Both the position numbers and the translations under genes were made by a program. The notes below the pieces were generated by a model. The model did not search any database, was not told the origin of the DNA, and worked only from the letters and a program-made list of their open reading frames with translations. From Nageia nagi (taxonomy: Eukaryota; Plantae; Pinophyta): a DNA stretch of 64,000 nucleotides. Below, in pieces: positions 1-13,189 of the stretch (positions are counted from its first letter, which is position 1; every line of letters starts with the position of its first letter). The stretch spans positions 207,328,001 to 207,392,000 of the forward strand of contig JBITNC010000001.1 in the NCBI GenBank assembly GCA_050084985.1, given 5' to 3'.

Positions 1-408
1 CATGTTAAAATATTTTTAGTACTTCTAGTTAGCTTTTTGTATTGGATTATAATAAGTTATAAAATTTTCTAAATCAAGTATATTTTTTAGTTTTTTCTAT
101 ATTTAGGATTTTTCAAATCCTATAAATGTATGTAAAGATTTCATTTTTAATCAATGAAAGTACTATTCTACTTTTTAACAATTTCATGGATTGTAATGAT
201 TAGATAATATGTAATCTATGATTATAGCAATGATGCCCTTTAATTCTGATTTGATATCAAAACTATGATATCAAGAATCTCCTTTGGTTGAATTATGGTC
301 TAATTGTACAAGAATGAAAAAGGTAGTTTATCACTTTTTGATAGGTTTGTTACAATAGTCACTACATCAACTTTTGGGACTATTTTTAGAATTAAAGATT
401 ATTCAATC

Positions 409-1307
409 TATAGACACCCAAAAGTGACCATTTTTTCAAAATTAAAAAGAGGGATAAAAAATTAAAGTATTATTATTAAATTTATAATAAATAAAAAGGT
501 TAATGCTTGACCTCTAAACATCAACAACCTAAGCCAAGTGCTAGCATTCGCTCCTAGGATACCGATGACTTTATAATTAGCAAAATTAAAATAAAATGGT
601 GAGTTATTGAGTGATTCATCCTTTAAATATTTGGATTAGGGGTTATTAATGGTTAATGATATAGCTTTATGTGCAAGACCATGGTAATTTTAGATATAAA
701 TGAGCTCTTGTACTAGGTTTTTGACTCTAAAATATGAGATGTAACTAATTTTCAAATCTATAGATACAATCTTTAGGAATGAAGAAAGAGAACCAAATTT
801 GAAGCAAGATTACTTTGCAAAAATTCATTTAGGAATTATGGAGAGTTAATTATTTTAATTACATGATTATTTATTCATTTCATTTTAGTATTTTCATGTT
901 TTTATATTAAGTATGTTTGATAATCTATTTTGGCATGCATGTAGTATCCATAGGTGTTAAAGTACAAAGCATTGAAAGTTCATCAAGGTGATAGTAACCA
1001 AGGAATAAAGCTAAGGGATAATAAGGAAGGAACAACAAAATCACACTTAAGTTGTGGAAATACCAATGACTACATATCAAACATTCATGATTGGACATGA
1101 CTACCATTGACTTCATCCAAAACATCAATAATCTGTTAAAGCCCAAGAGGATACAAAAAAATAAAAAATTAAGCCCTTCACATAAGGCACAAAATCTATT
1201 GATTTATTTATATGACTATTTTAGTCACTTAAAAAAATTAATAAAATTACATTATTATGTAAAATGATTTACCTTGTTTGCTAATAGGTTACCTTTTTGG
1301 ATCAACA
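409..1307 (+). repeat. 5' LTR of the Tat/Ogre element
   Basis: Imperfect terminal inverted ends (tatagacacccaaaagtgacc ... ggttacctttttggatcaaca), followed by a PBS-like motif. The last ~175 bp are repeated at 15493-15670. Confidence 0.7.
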
Positions 1308-1309
1308 TC

Positions 1310-1324
1310 TAGTGCTAGAAGTAG
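1310..1324 (+). promoter_or_regulatory. Degenerate primer-binding site
   Basis: tagtgctagaagtag lies 2 nt after the LTR end and resembles the TGGCGCTAGAAGGAG-type PBS of Tat/Ogre elements after decay. Confidence 0.5.
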
Positions 1325-1471
1325 ATCCCCTCACATGAAAACATCATCAATGATAAAACATAGGGGATTTATTATATTTTTATGATTTTGATTATTTATT
1401 TTACATATTATGGTTCTCAAGCTAGTTGTAATTTTTTTATTTTGTATTTTTCTAGGTACTATAGAAGAGTT

Positions 1472-1592
1472 GTTAGCAATTGGATATCAAATGCCAATGA
1501 TTGGATAAGGATGCCAACAATTGGGTTGGAATGCTAGCATTTTAAGTAGACTAAAATATGCTAGCATTTTGGGTTGGAATGCTAGCATTTCT
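1472..1592. repeat. ~19-bp degenerate tandem repeats in the 5' UTR
   Basis: Recurring tgc(t/c)a(g/a)ca(a/t)tt(g)gg units; gggttggaatgctagcattt occurs twice. Confidence 0.6.
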
Positions 1593-2152
1593 AATTATTA
1601 CTAATATAAAAAGTATAATGTAGACTAAAATATGGTAAATATAAATGAATCGCTTATTTTTTATCCATTTTCTTAGAGTGAATATAGGAAAGGGTAGTTA
1701 ATGGCAATGGTAGAAATTGATTAGTTAAATGTTGTTACTAGTTTTCAAGTTCAAGTTATTTATTTATTAGGTAATGGATCATGCAAGGCACCTCAATGAA
1801 TAAAATTTTCTATCTTATCCACTTATGCTCTTCCTATACAGTGAAAAGTGATATTAGTTGACTAGAATGGATTTGATAGAAAGAGAGTAAATGAATATTT
1901 ATTTGTTGTACTATCATGTAATTTGGTAAATGAATTTACATTAAGTTACTTCCACACTTGAAAGGATTAATTAAAATTCATTAATCTAGAATGAATATAA
2001 AGTAAATGAATTTAATTCAAGGTAGAATAGTATACTAAAATTTACCAACAAATATGGTGGTTGCATTTACATTAAATAACTTTTACTTAACAAAGTATGC
2101 TCTCACTTTTGTACCTATGGTGATATAAAGTGATAAAAAAAGTTAAGTAAAA

Positions 2153-2390
2153 GGGGAAATGAACCCACACATGGTTTTAAAATATTACATTCACATTAAA
2201 GGCTTCTTAATGATCTTCCCTTACCATACCAAAAGGTGATTGAAGGTTGATGTGACTCATAAAGAGGGGAAAACAACTTACATTTAAATAATTTACACAC
2301 ATTGAAGGCTTCCTAATTATTTTCCCTTACCATGCCAAAAGGGAATCAAAGATTTATGTGACTCATAAGAAGAGGTAATGAACCACACTT
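2153..2390. repeat. ~115-bp tandem duplication (2 copies plus a partial) in the 5' UTR
   Basis: The unit cacatt.aaggcttc.taat.at.ttcccttaccat.ccaaaagg...tgtgactcataa is seen twice. Confidence 0.7.
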
Positions 2391-3161
2391 TATCTCTTTC
2401 ACACTTGGAAGAGTAAATGAATCTCATTTAAAGTTAGTAATGAATCTCATTAATTTAGTAATGAATTTTTTGGGTTGATTAGATCAAGTTATACACTAAT
2501 TAAAATATTATAAGGATCACATTAAAGAATTTTTAATGAATCAAAATGTATGATTGGGAGTTTTAGAGACTACATTCATACATACTTAATTTTATTAATT
2601 ACATAATCATAAGATCTTATAAAATAAACATCAATGACTTGGATTGATTCTTATTCTCATATGTATTCACTAAAAATATGCAATGAGCCTTAGAGCCAAA
2701 ACATAGAGATAAATAGTGGCTTCATAGGTTATAATTTTTTTATTTCCATAAAATGAGTATAAAAAAGGGGACTATACTTGGATTTAATCATTAAGATAGT
2801 TTTTAATGGTATCCCTTGAACCCCATTGCACTAAGGGGACCATTTTAAGTACCAAGTTGTTACTTAGCCATAGATAGCCTCTTAAGATTACCACTCTAAC
2901 TTGATTAAATACTTGACTAAACAAAATAAGTTAAGAAGACTAAAAGATTAAAATAAAAAATTCACATAATTCATATATAAATATTAATCAAATTGGTCAA
3001 AAAAGATAATTGTACTGAAAAGGTAAATACTCATGTAAGATGTTCATGCATTCAATTATTTTTTCATAAATATAAAATAAAAATATAAAGAACTAATTTC
3101 TATGTTATATGTTTATATTTTTTTATGGTTTGATAGAAAATAAAAATAAATAAAAAAAGGA

Positions 3162-5750
3162 ATGATATAAAGTCATTTTCAAAGAGCTCTTCTAGAGCAA
3201 GAACCTAATGATGAGGATGATCTAGAAGAAAGAATTCATAGGTATAATAGGAATCAATAAAGAAGAGAAAAACCTTGAGATGTAAATCTTGGGGCATATC
3301 AATATTATTTTGATAATGAATTGAATTATGTTAAATACCATCTAACATAATTGATAATTCCTCCATATTTTCCTCATAATCATATTTTTCCCCCAAATTT
3401 TGGATATTTAAGGAAGATGAATAACAAGTAATAAAACAAAAATAAATAAGAAGATAATGATGATGGGAATATTCCTCCTTCAAGAATACAATCAAATGAT
3501 ATAGTAATGTAAAGAGGACCTTTTAGGCCTAAATATAATCATTCTACATGACATTTACTAGATGGAAATTTAGTACAATCATATTTAAGTGAAGAGGATT
3601 ATTCACCTTCTACAATATCAACATAAATGAAGTAATTTGATGATTGAATCTCTATACATATAGGAATTCCTATACCTAAAATAAGAAATGTGTTCAAGGC
3701 GTATGATAATATTTTTCATGTATTAAAATCAAACACACCATATCCTTTGATATTACATAGAAGAGGTAATCAAGAACAATAATCTTAACAAAATTTATCA
3801 AAATTTAAGTTGCAAGAGATACCCTCTTATCCTCATAAGAAAGAGCATGTAGCTCAAATAAATATACAATAAAAATAATAAATATTGGCCCAATATGATT
3901 AGTATAATAAGAAGTTAATTAAGTTTACTAGATAGCATTAAATATGAACTCAACATATTTCAAATGTATACTAAAGTAGCTATTCTATAAACAAGCAAAA
4001 TATTCAAAATTGATATCAAGGTGGTTTTGATGAAAGGTTGAATAGAGATAATAAAGGGTAACCTAGGTCATGATCATTATATCCATAAGGCCATGTGGTG
4101 TATAGATATCAAGATCATTATTTTACTAATAAAAAGGAAACTTCACTAAGAAATAAACAAAATGAACTTCAAAGATATTATTTATCTCCATTTTAAGATA
4201 AAGTACAAGTATATCAACCTCCTTGACCATCTTGTTGACATCTACCTCTAAACCACCATATGATGAGGCTTATTATGATGTAAGGAACCTTCAAAGCATA
4301 GCTATAGACCTTTTCAAGGATATGAAGAAGAAACATATCCAAGAAATGAGGAATACCCTCTGTACTTGCAAAATCAACCATAAGAAATGGAAATGAGAGA
4401 GGATGATGATCTATATAAAAGAGTAAAAGAAATAGATTATGTCTTATGAAATAATTTGCAATGAAATAATTCATCCTAGTGCTCCAAAAAATAGAATTCC
4501 TTTTAAGTTTGAAATTCTAAAAATTGGACCATTTCAAGGAAAGGAAGATCCTAAAGAATATTTAAATATTAAAGTTATTTACTTGATAATGATGATGCAT
4601 TAATGCTACATATCTTTCCCATGATGCTTATTGGACAAGAATTGGATTGGTATAATAATATACTAGAATATAGCATTAGCTCATATTCTCAATTAGAAAA
4701 TTTATTTCTAGAACATTTTAAAATCAACATTAAAGATAAGACTTTCGTCACTAATCTCATAAGGTTACAACAATTTCCTTATGAATCAGATACTAATTTT
4801 ATCTCATGATAGAGGGTGATATTAAAAAGTATGCCTTATACTTTTCCTCAAGAGAAATTGGTCAAATTATTTAGTCAAAGTTATTTGATACCTATTGCTA
4901 ATGCATTATTGATCCAACAACATAAAACCTTTGAAGAACCTATCTCTCAAATAGTAATAATTGAAAAAGTTAAATTCAAGATGGAGAGGTAAAAATTAAA
5001 AAATGAGAAGGTTATGCTAAAAATAAAAATCAAATAGAAAAAATAAGTAAACAAATACCAGCTAATAGAGTCTTAATCGTAAAAGAAATGGAACCAACTC
5101 CACCTCAAAATATAGAAAGAGATTTTAGACTTAAAAGAAAATTTACACCTTCATCAAAATCTGTTTATGATATTTTGAGAAAGTTATGTGACCATAAAAT
5201 AATTAATTTTGTTAATATAAGGCCAAAAAATCCCAAAACTAAATAAATTAGATGGTATAATGAAAATGAATTTTTTCATTACCATCATCAAAAGGGGTAT
5301 GATACAGAGAAATGCAGAATAATAAAAAATGTAGTTCAAGACTTGATTGGTAATGAAAAGTTAGAATTTGATAATCTCATCATAATTCCTAATCAAAATT
5401 TATGGATTTATCAAAATTCACTTTCACAACATCTAGATAATAATATCTCATTTCATCCACATGAAAATCAAGCAACATAAAAATGGATTCATGATAATTC
5501 ATTTTCCATAGGCTTGATAAGTGTTGCTACAAGATCCCAAAAGATACATGAGAGGAAAAATGGTATACCAAATAATTAATAAGATAAGGTTTACATATAA
5601 CCTCACATACCTAAATCCCAACTTCCCAAAGTTTCTATAAAAGGATCTATACATCAGCGACTAAAAAATTCATAATTAAAAATATCTTTGTTCAAATTAT
5701 TATAACAATCCAAATATCATAGAGATGTAATGAATCAATTATTACAAACA
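3162..5750 (+). pseudogene. gag of the Tat/Ogre element (many stops and frameshifts)
   Basis: KFEILKIGPFQGKEDPKEYL and LHIFPMMLIGQELDWYNN (retrotrans_gag-like); decayed knuckle FFHYHHQKGYDTEKCRIIKNVVQDLI at ~5270-5350; pre-protease helix ISLFKLL*QSKYHRDVMNQLL. Confidence 0.8.
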
Positions 5751-7215
5751 ATTGAAACATATTTAAGTGATGATCCTAATAATCAAAAGATTTTGCAACT
5801 AGGTAAATATTTAAGTGAAAAAGAGAAGTAGAAATTAATATCCATTCTTAAGGAAAAATAAAAGGTATTTACATGGTCATACGTAGACATGCTTAGATTG
5901 GATTTGAACTTAGTAGTACATAATTGAGGTCTTAGGGAAGATTCTAAGTCAATAAAGCAAAATTTATAAAAAATGCATCCCATAATAGTATTAAAGGTAA
6001 AATAAGAATTACAAAATATATTAGAAGTGAAGTTTATACAATCAATTGATTATTCTGATTGGATCTCTAACATGATTCTAGTTAAGAAACCTGATGGCAA
6101 AATATGCATGTGCACATATTTCATGGATCTAAATAAAGCATGTAAAAAAGATGATTTTTTGCTTCCAAATACTGATAATTTGGTCAATGCTACTATTGGA
6201 TATGAAATGATTTCACTCATGGATGGATTTTTTTAGTTATAATTAGATAAAAGTATCTATAGAAGATCAACATAAACTACATTTACAACACCTTGAGAAA
6301 ATTTCTATTACAAAGTAATACCCTTTGATTTCAAAAATGTTGGTGCTACATATCAAAGAGTAATGACATATATCTTTCATGACTACATGCATGATATTGT
6401 GGAAGATTATGTAGATGATCTATTAGCTAAATATAAAACTAGAGAAGAACATCCAAAGGTACTTATAAAAATGTTTGATAGGGTATTGGAACATAATGTT
6501 AGGTTAAATTTGAAGAAATATATTTTTGGATTCACTTTAAAAAAATTATTAAGATTTACCATGTCAATATGATGAATTGAAGTATATCTTAACAAAAAAA
6601 AAAAGCAATAGTAAATATGCCTCCTTCTTACAATATAAAATAACTATAAAGTTTCCAAGGAAAGCTACAAGTGATAAGGTGCTTCATATCACAATTATTT
6701 GATAAATGTAAACATTTTAATAAATTATTAAAAAATGGAATAATGTTTTATTAGGGAAAGGAATAATAAGAAGTATTTGAATAAATAAAATTTTGTCTTT
6801 TATCACCTCCATTCTTGATCCCTCCAAGAGAAGGGGAACCATTTTTACTTTATTCATTAGCTACAAAGGTTTCTTTAGGAACAATGCTTGTTAAAAAGAA
6901 TGAAGATAACAAAGAACAAGTCATATACTATCTTAATCAAACCCTAGTTAATTACAAGATAAGATATGTATGCATGGAAAAGTTATATTTAATAGTAGTT
7001 TTTGCAATGAAGAAACTTAGATATTACATGCTAAATCATACAACTTATATCATTGTTAAAGCAAATCCATTAAAATATATGATGAATAAAACCTATCAAA
7101 ATACGAGAACATCTAAGTGGATTATGCATTTAACATAATTTGATTTATAATTAATAAGTCAAAAATCTATTAAAGGTCAAGTTATAGCTGATTATCTTAT
7201 AGAAGCACCTTTACA
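5751..7215 (+). pseudogene. Reverse transcriptase and RNase H, Tat/Ogre type
   Basis: VFTWSYVDM, WISNMILVKKPDGKICMC...DLNKACKKDDF, SLMDGF, GATYQRVM, DYVDDLL, then LLYSLA...SLGTML...VIYYL...KKLRYYML. Confidence 0.92.
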
Positions 7216-7299
7216 AGATGATAACTTTCTCATAATTGAATTTCTAGATGAACATGTTTTCCCATTAGATGAAATGGAAACTCTTGTTGATCCTAAATA

Positions 7300-7700
7300 A
7301 GAATGGGATGTGGTAATATATTTTGATGGTTATTGATGTGAACAAAGTGGAGGTACTAGTGTTGTATTTACTACACTATAAGGAGTACTAATACCATATT
7401 CTTTGAAACTTATTTTTTCAAGGACAAATAATAATATTGAATATGAATCTTTAATATTAGCTATGAAGATTACCACAAAATTGAAAATAAAAAAAAAAAA
7501 TTTATTAGTGATTCATTATTAATAATAAATCAAGTTAAAGGAATTTTTCAATGTAAAGAAAATTGCTTCTAAAATATAATAAATTGATAGATACTCTATT
7601 ACAATCATTTGAAAAATATGAGATGGATGAAGCACCTAGATCAATTAATAGGTTTTTTGATGCTATAGTATCAAATGGATCTTTGATACAATAAGATACT
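7300..7700 (+). pseudogene. Second (archaeal-type) RNase H domain
   Basis: WDVVIYFDG...GGTSVVF...TNNNIEYESLILAM...SDSLLIINQVKGIFQCK, lying between RH and INT. This domain is diagnostic of the Tat/Ogre lineage. Confidence 0.85.
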
Positions 7701-7789
7701 CATAGATGAGCTATTCACATTGAAATAATTAAAATCACATAATCTTCATTAGAAATGGATAATGAAGTTCTAGAAATTACAATATAAGA

Positions 7790-9045
7790 TAAAAATTTAT
7801 AGCATATTCAATTAGTTAAATTCTTGAGGGATGGATTTTTACCTTTAGATTTAACAAAATTAGCTAAAAAGGCATTAAAACTAAGAGCTTCTCTCTATTG
7901 TATATTATGATATATTTTGTATTGTAGAGGTTTTGATGGAATATTACTTAGATGTTTAAAGTGGGTAGACTCACTAATTGCAATCTCACATGCACATAAT
8001 GTAATATGTAAAAGCCACTTTAATGGTCCAGCCATCAAGAAATAATAATGTACATGGGATATTATTGGCCTACAATGCAATGTGGTTATGTTGAATTCAT
8101 TAAGAAATATTACAAACTCAAACAATATGCAAATTTATTCATTCAACCATCACAAGCTTTACAACCCATGCAATTATTATGGCCATTTTCAAGATGGGTA
8201 CTAAACCTTATAGGTCAACTACCTCCTACATCCTCAAGTGGTCATAAATTTATAAAAAGCTACAAAATATTTCATGAAATGGGTAGAAGTTATTCCTATG
8301 ATTTCCACCAAAGGTCCAAAAATAGAAAACTTTATAGAACATCATATCATATATCATTTTGAAATTCCTTCTCAAATCATGATAGATGATGAAAATAATT
8401 TCAAAAATAATGAGGTATTGGCTTTATATAAAGGATATCATATTAGCATTAGCTTCTCAACACTATATCATCCTCAAGGAAATAAACAAATTGAAGCTAT
8501 GAATAAAACTATTCAAAGTATTTTTCTAAAAATAGTTAATAATTCCCATAAATATTAGCATGCAAGGATTTTAAATGCTTTATGGGAATATCACACTAGC
8601 ATCTAGGGCAACTTAATTATCTTTAGTCTATGGGGTAGAAGCAATATTGCCTTTAGAAATTGAAATCCCTTCTCTATGAATTGCTTTGCAAGATTATATA
8701 GTAGAAAAACCATCTCATCAAGCTTTATTAGATAAATTGTTATTATTAGATGAGATGCAAGTTCATGCACTAGAACATATGCAAACTTATCAAAATTACA
8801 TTAGGAAAGTTTTGAAAAGAAAATAAAAATTCATAAATTTGATTTAGGATATTTATAAATTAAATAAAATCAACAAATTTCATGAATGGAATGACAATTT
8901 CATGATAAGTTTGCTCCTAATTGATTAGGATCATACATTATTAAGAAACAATTTGGCTTAGAAGCTTATCATTTAGCTAACATGGAAGGAAATGGAGACC
9001 ATGAACCCATAAACATCACACATCTTCATCATTTATATATTTTAA
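7790..9045 (+). pseudogene. Integrase, Tat/Ogre type
   Basis: LYCRGFDGILLRCL, GYYWPTM, WPFSRWVLNLIG, KWVEVIP, IPSQIMIDDENNF, STLYHPQGNKQIEAMNKTI, LVYGVEAILPLEIEIPSL, KFAPN*LGSY. Confidence 0.9.
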
Positions 9046-12000
9046 AATATCTTATATCATGTTGTACATATTATAAATATAGTTAAAATAGAAGAAATAC
9101 TACACAATGAACTTCTAAACATAAATTAAATAGACATATGGCAACAAAAAGGAGAACAAATGTTCAATTATCATTAGGGTGAAGAGGGACACAAAAAATA
9201 CTATAGTTTGAAAAACTATTGTATTTAGGAGATAAAGCCATATCTAAATTGACATAATTCACTTTTCAAGGGTCTCAAAACTTTCTTTGATTACCCATCA
9301 ACATACAAAGGAATTTGGCTTTGAAACATTGTACAGGTAAATATGATGGATGGAAAATATGTGTAAAGGGAGACAATCTTGATATATACATAGATAAGGA
9401 TATGTATTTCTTAGGATTTTGGCATTACCATGAGCAAGTGCATAAAATAAACTTGTTATGCTTATATTAGCGTATTGTAGCACCTAGGATCATACTAGAT
9501 TATACTTTCAATGATTAAATTTTAGACATTGCATCTCATAATCTAAAAAACTTAGATCCAATTTTAAGTTGGATGAATCATCTTGCATGAGATCTATGTC
9601 ATTAAAAATTAATATATAACTTTTCTACCATGTTTGTGTCCAAACCTAAAAATTACAAAAAAAAATCTTAATCAACAATTTTCTCATTTAAATTCAAGGT
9701 TTCTTCATCCTTGTTTTAACAATAATCAAATAAAATATCTAATACCAAAAGGACTAGAAGTCTCAAAATAAGCATAATTTTAGTTTGATTACACTAATCA
9801 AGATTTCATGGATAGATATATAGGATATGTATACATGAAACTACTATGAAAACATCCTTCTATACTTATTTCCAATTTTCGTACTTTACCAAGAGAAATG
9901 TAAAAGGTGGTAACCATGAAATATTATGAGAATTGTACATTAGAGTATTAAAAATAAAAATGAATGATTAACAAGTCATCATTGAGGTAGAAGCATAAAA
10001 AATATGGATAGAACAAGAATATGAAATTAGTTCACTCTACTTGTTTCATTCATGTTAGCCTTATGAAAAGGCTAAAATATTTTTGAATAATGTTAAATAT
10101 GTTAACTTTAAGTTTATGGGATATTCAATCTCTCAAATTGAATTTATTTACAAATAATTCAAAACCTATATCATCCCATCCATCTTTAATGATGAAATTA
10201 TATATGATTTTAGTTTATTGTTTAACAAAAACTATTATATAAATAATCCCATGAATATGAAAGTACAATTTAGGTGAATCATACAATGTCTTAATTAAAG
10301 AAAATGAGTTGAAAGAGAAAGTGTGAAATAAAGTACAAAGTGTATTGAGAGTGTGGTTATCATTTTAGTTGTTCAAAATCCAATCCCATGGGTTCCATTA
10401 CCACTCTCTTAATTACCACCAATGTCACCACCTTCTATTCCATTGTATACTATGTATATACCATCTTTTTTAAAGCTCTGTAAGGTACATAATGAAGCCT
10501 ATTCTTCATATATGGAACTTAAGAGGATTATTAGAAAGTTTAAACCAAAACTAACACCATTACCTATAATAGTACCTTTACAACTTTCTTCATACCCCAT
10601 TCATTTTAAACCATCCATTCTTGGATAAGGTTCCACTCATCTTCAATTAAGACCCTTATACTATTACTTCTTGAGTCATAGATATTGGACTATTTATAAG
10701 AAATCCATTTAGATATGCTATTCAAGAATTGTCAATCACTTTGCATCATGCTAAACAAAAATGAAAAAAGTAATAAAACCAAAAATAAAGAAAAAAATAT
10801 AAAACAAAATAAAAAAATATAAAGAATTAAAAATTCTTGCAAAAAATGAAAAAGTACATAGTGTACATATATCTTGTATATATTTCTTGAGTTTTATGCA
10901 TGTTTTTTCATCAAATTCATGCAAATAAAGCTATATATATATTATTTTATATAATTTTTTGATAGCTCTTAAATTTTACAAATATAATATTATAGGTAGG
11001 CATTAATACATGACATGTATACAACATAATTCATCCTCATTATGTTTCCAAACCAATTAATCAATCTAGACTTTATCCATTCTATGTACCACCCATAAAT
11101 TGGAAATTATCTTCCCTTCATACCACATATTCACCATGTACATTTGCTAGCACACTTGTAAATATACATACTCCATCAAAAAATATGCATCTCAATCATT
11201 TTCATAATTTGCTTGATAGTATTCAACATAAAATCCTTCCCATAATAATGTTTTTGAGTGCTCTTGATAAATCTAATCAAGCATTTAGTAAGTTAGGAGG
11301 TTATTTGCATGTGGGCATTGTAATAAACCATGAATCATATTGGAGAACCTATTTCATTTATAATATACTTGATGAAGAGTTTCTTCAAAATCTTATTTAT
11401 TTACTTTCCAAACTAGATTTCATATGAAGGATTTCAATCAATGCACATGTTAACATATTTGCATGTGAAATCATTACATTTCTTGGATCCCCATTATTAC
11501 ACCCCCATAAGGTTTTTGATGCACTTGCAATCTTGGCTATTGGATGTGCTTCCATATGTATCCAAACCATATCATCATTTTTATTATATTTTGTTCATAA
11601 GTTCCCTTTTCATAAAACTATTAAGTGTCAAGCATGATGTTTTAGTAACTTACCAAGGTATATGTATGAATCCCAAATCCATCCACATATTACTCATATA
11701 TATAGTTGTACATACAAGTAAAGAAGTAGTTTATGAATATAATATTCATATTTTATTTCATAAAAATATCTTATGTGAATTTTTTGAAACTTAATATGAT
11801 AAATAAATGTAATTTTTGATACATTTTCAATATATTGTTAACTCTTACACTTTTTCATATTTCAAATCTCAAAATAATAAAAAATAAGATGTTACTTAAG
11901 CATAATTTTGAGTGAAAAGATTGATTATTCATCCTATTATTAACCTCATCTTGAACCTAATAATATTTCAAAAAAAAAGAAGAGAGGAAAAATATTCAAA

Positions 12001-13189
12001 ATATTTAAAAAGAAAAAAGAAAAAAGATACAATTACATGATTCTCAAGTGATTACTGTATTCTCTACCAAGGCTATGGATGCCTATCTAGCAGTTAAGTA
12101 TACCTTATGAGTAATGACATGTTCAGTATTTACAATGGACCTTTGTGCATTTCATAAGGATTAAATAGATTATATATTTTATTCTCATGCAACATTAAGT
12201 TTTAAAGCATTTAGAGAAGGAAATAAACATCATTGCATACACATGAGTTCATAGTAACCTTGTATGTATTATAACCTTATTTTATATCATCCCTAGTAGA
12301 TAAAACCTAAACATGGATTATTTGATGAAGTTATTTTTAATATTTCATTCATTACACTTATTTACCGTATTATACATTTATTTCATTTCACAAAATATAT
12401 ATATTATTATGATCTTGGTAGGTTAATTAGATATTATGTTTGACACTCAAATAGTTATACCATTCATTTATCCAATTTCTATGAGTTTTCATTCATACAT
12501 GCATACCATTTATACCATCCCACATATATGTCACCTTATTACTTGTGTTTATACCATGTGTGTATAAATATCCAAGAATAAAAAAAGATAATATTTGATT
12601 CTATACTCTTTTAATTAAAATCTTATCCCAATTACAATTAAATCATTATAAATATATAATGATAATATTAATACATTTTAAATTATTGAAATTTAAAATA
12701 GTATTAACATTGAATCATCATTATCACATGATATAGGATATTCTATATATAGAAATAATAAAGAAATATCATCATTCTAACATACTAGGATGATATAAAC
12801 TAGTATCCCTATCCCATCAATATAAGAAATATCATTAGAATCAAACATTAATTTATAAATATTCACATGTAAGAGATCTTAGGTTAATCATCCATTAAAC
12901 ATAACAACATGATATTATTCTAAGTAAGTTTAAAAATACAACTCAATCAACTCATCATCATGATAACATAACATGAAAATAATACAATGATATTTGTTCA
13001 AATAAATCATCATACATTAAAAAATAATCATAACATAGTCTATCACCTATCCATATAATGATCAATCACTATCATCATGAAATAAAATGAATATGATGTA
13101 TCATCCATCAACATATATAAGTCCATGATATAACATCAAAGTCTGAAAATAACATAAGTAAATGTCTAAAATACTCAAACATCAAAAGC

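Noticed and set aside
1-408. LTR end with PBS-like ttgatatcaaaac (~251) and a CACTACA at 360
   Set aside because: Too degenerate, and there is no partner end in the window.
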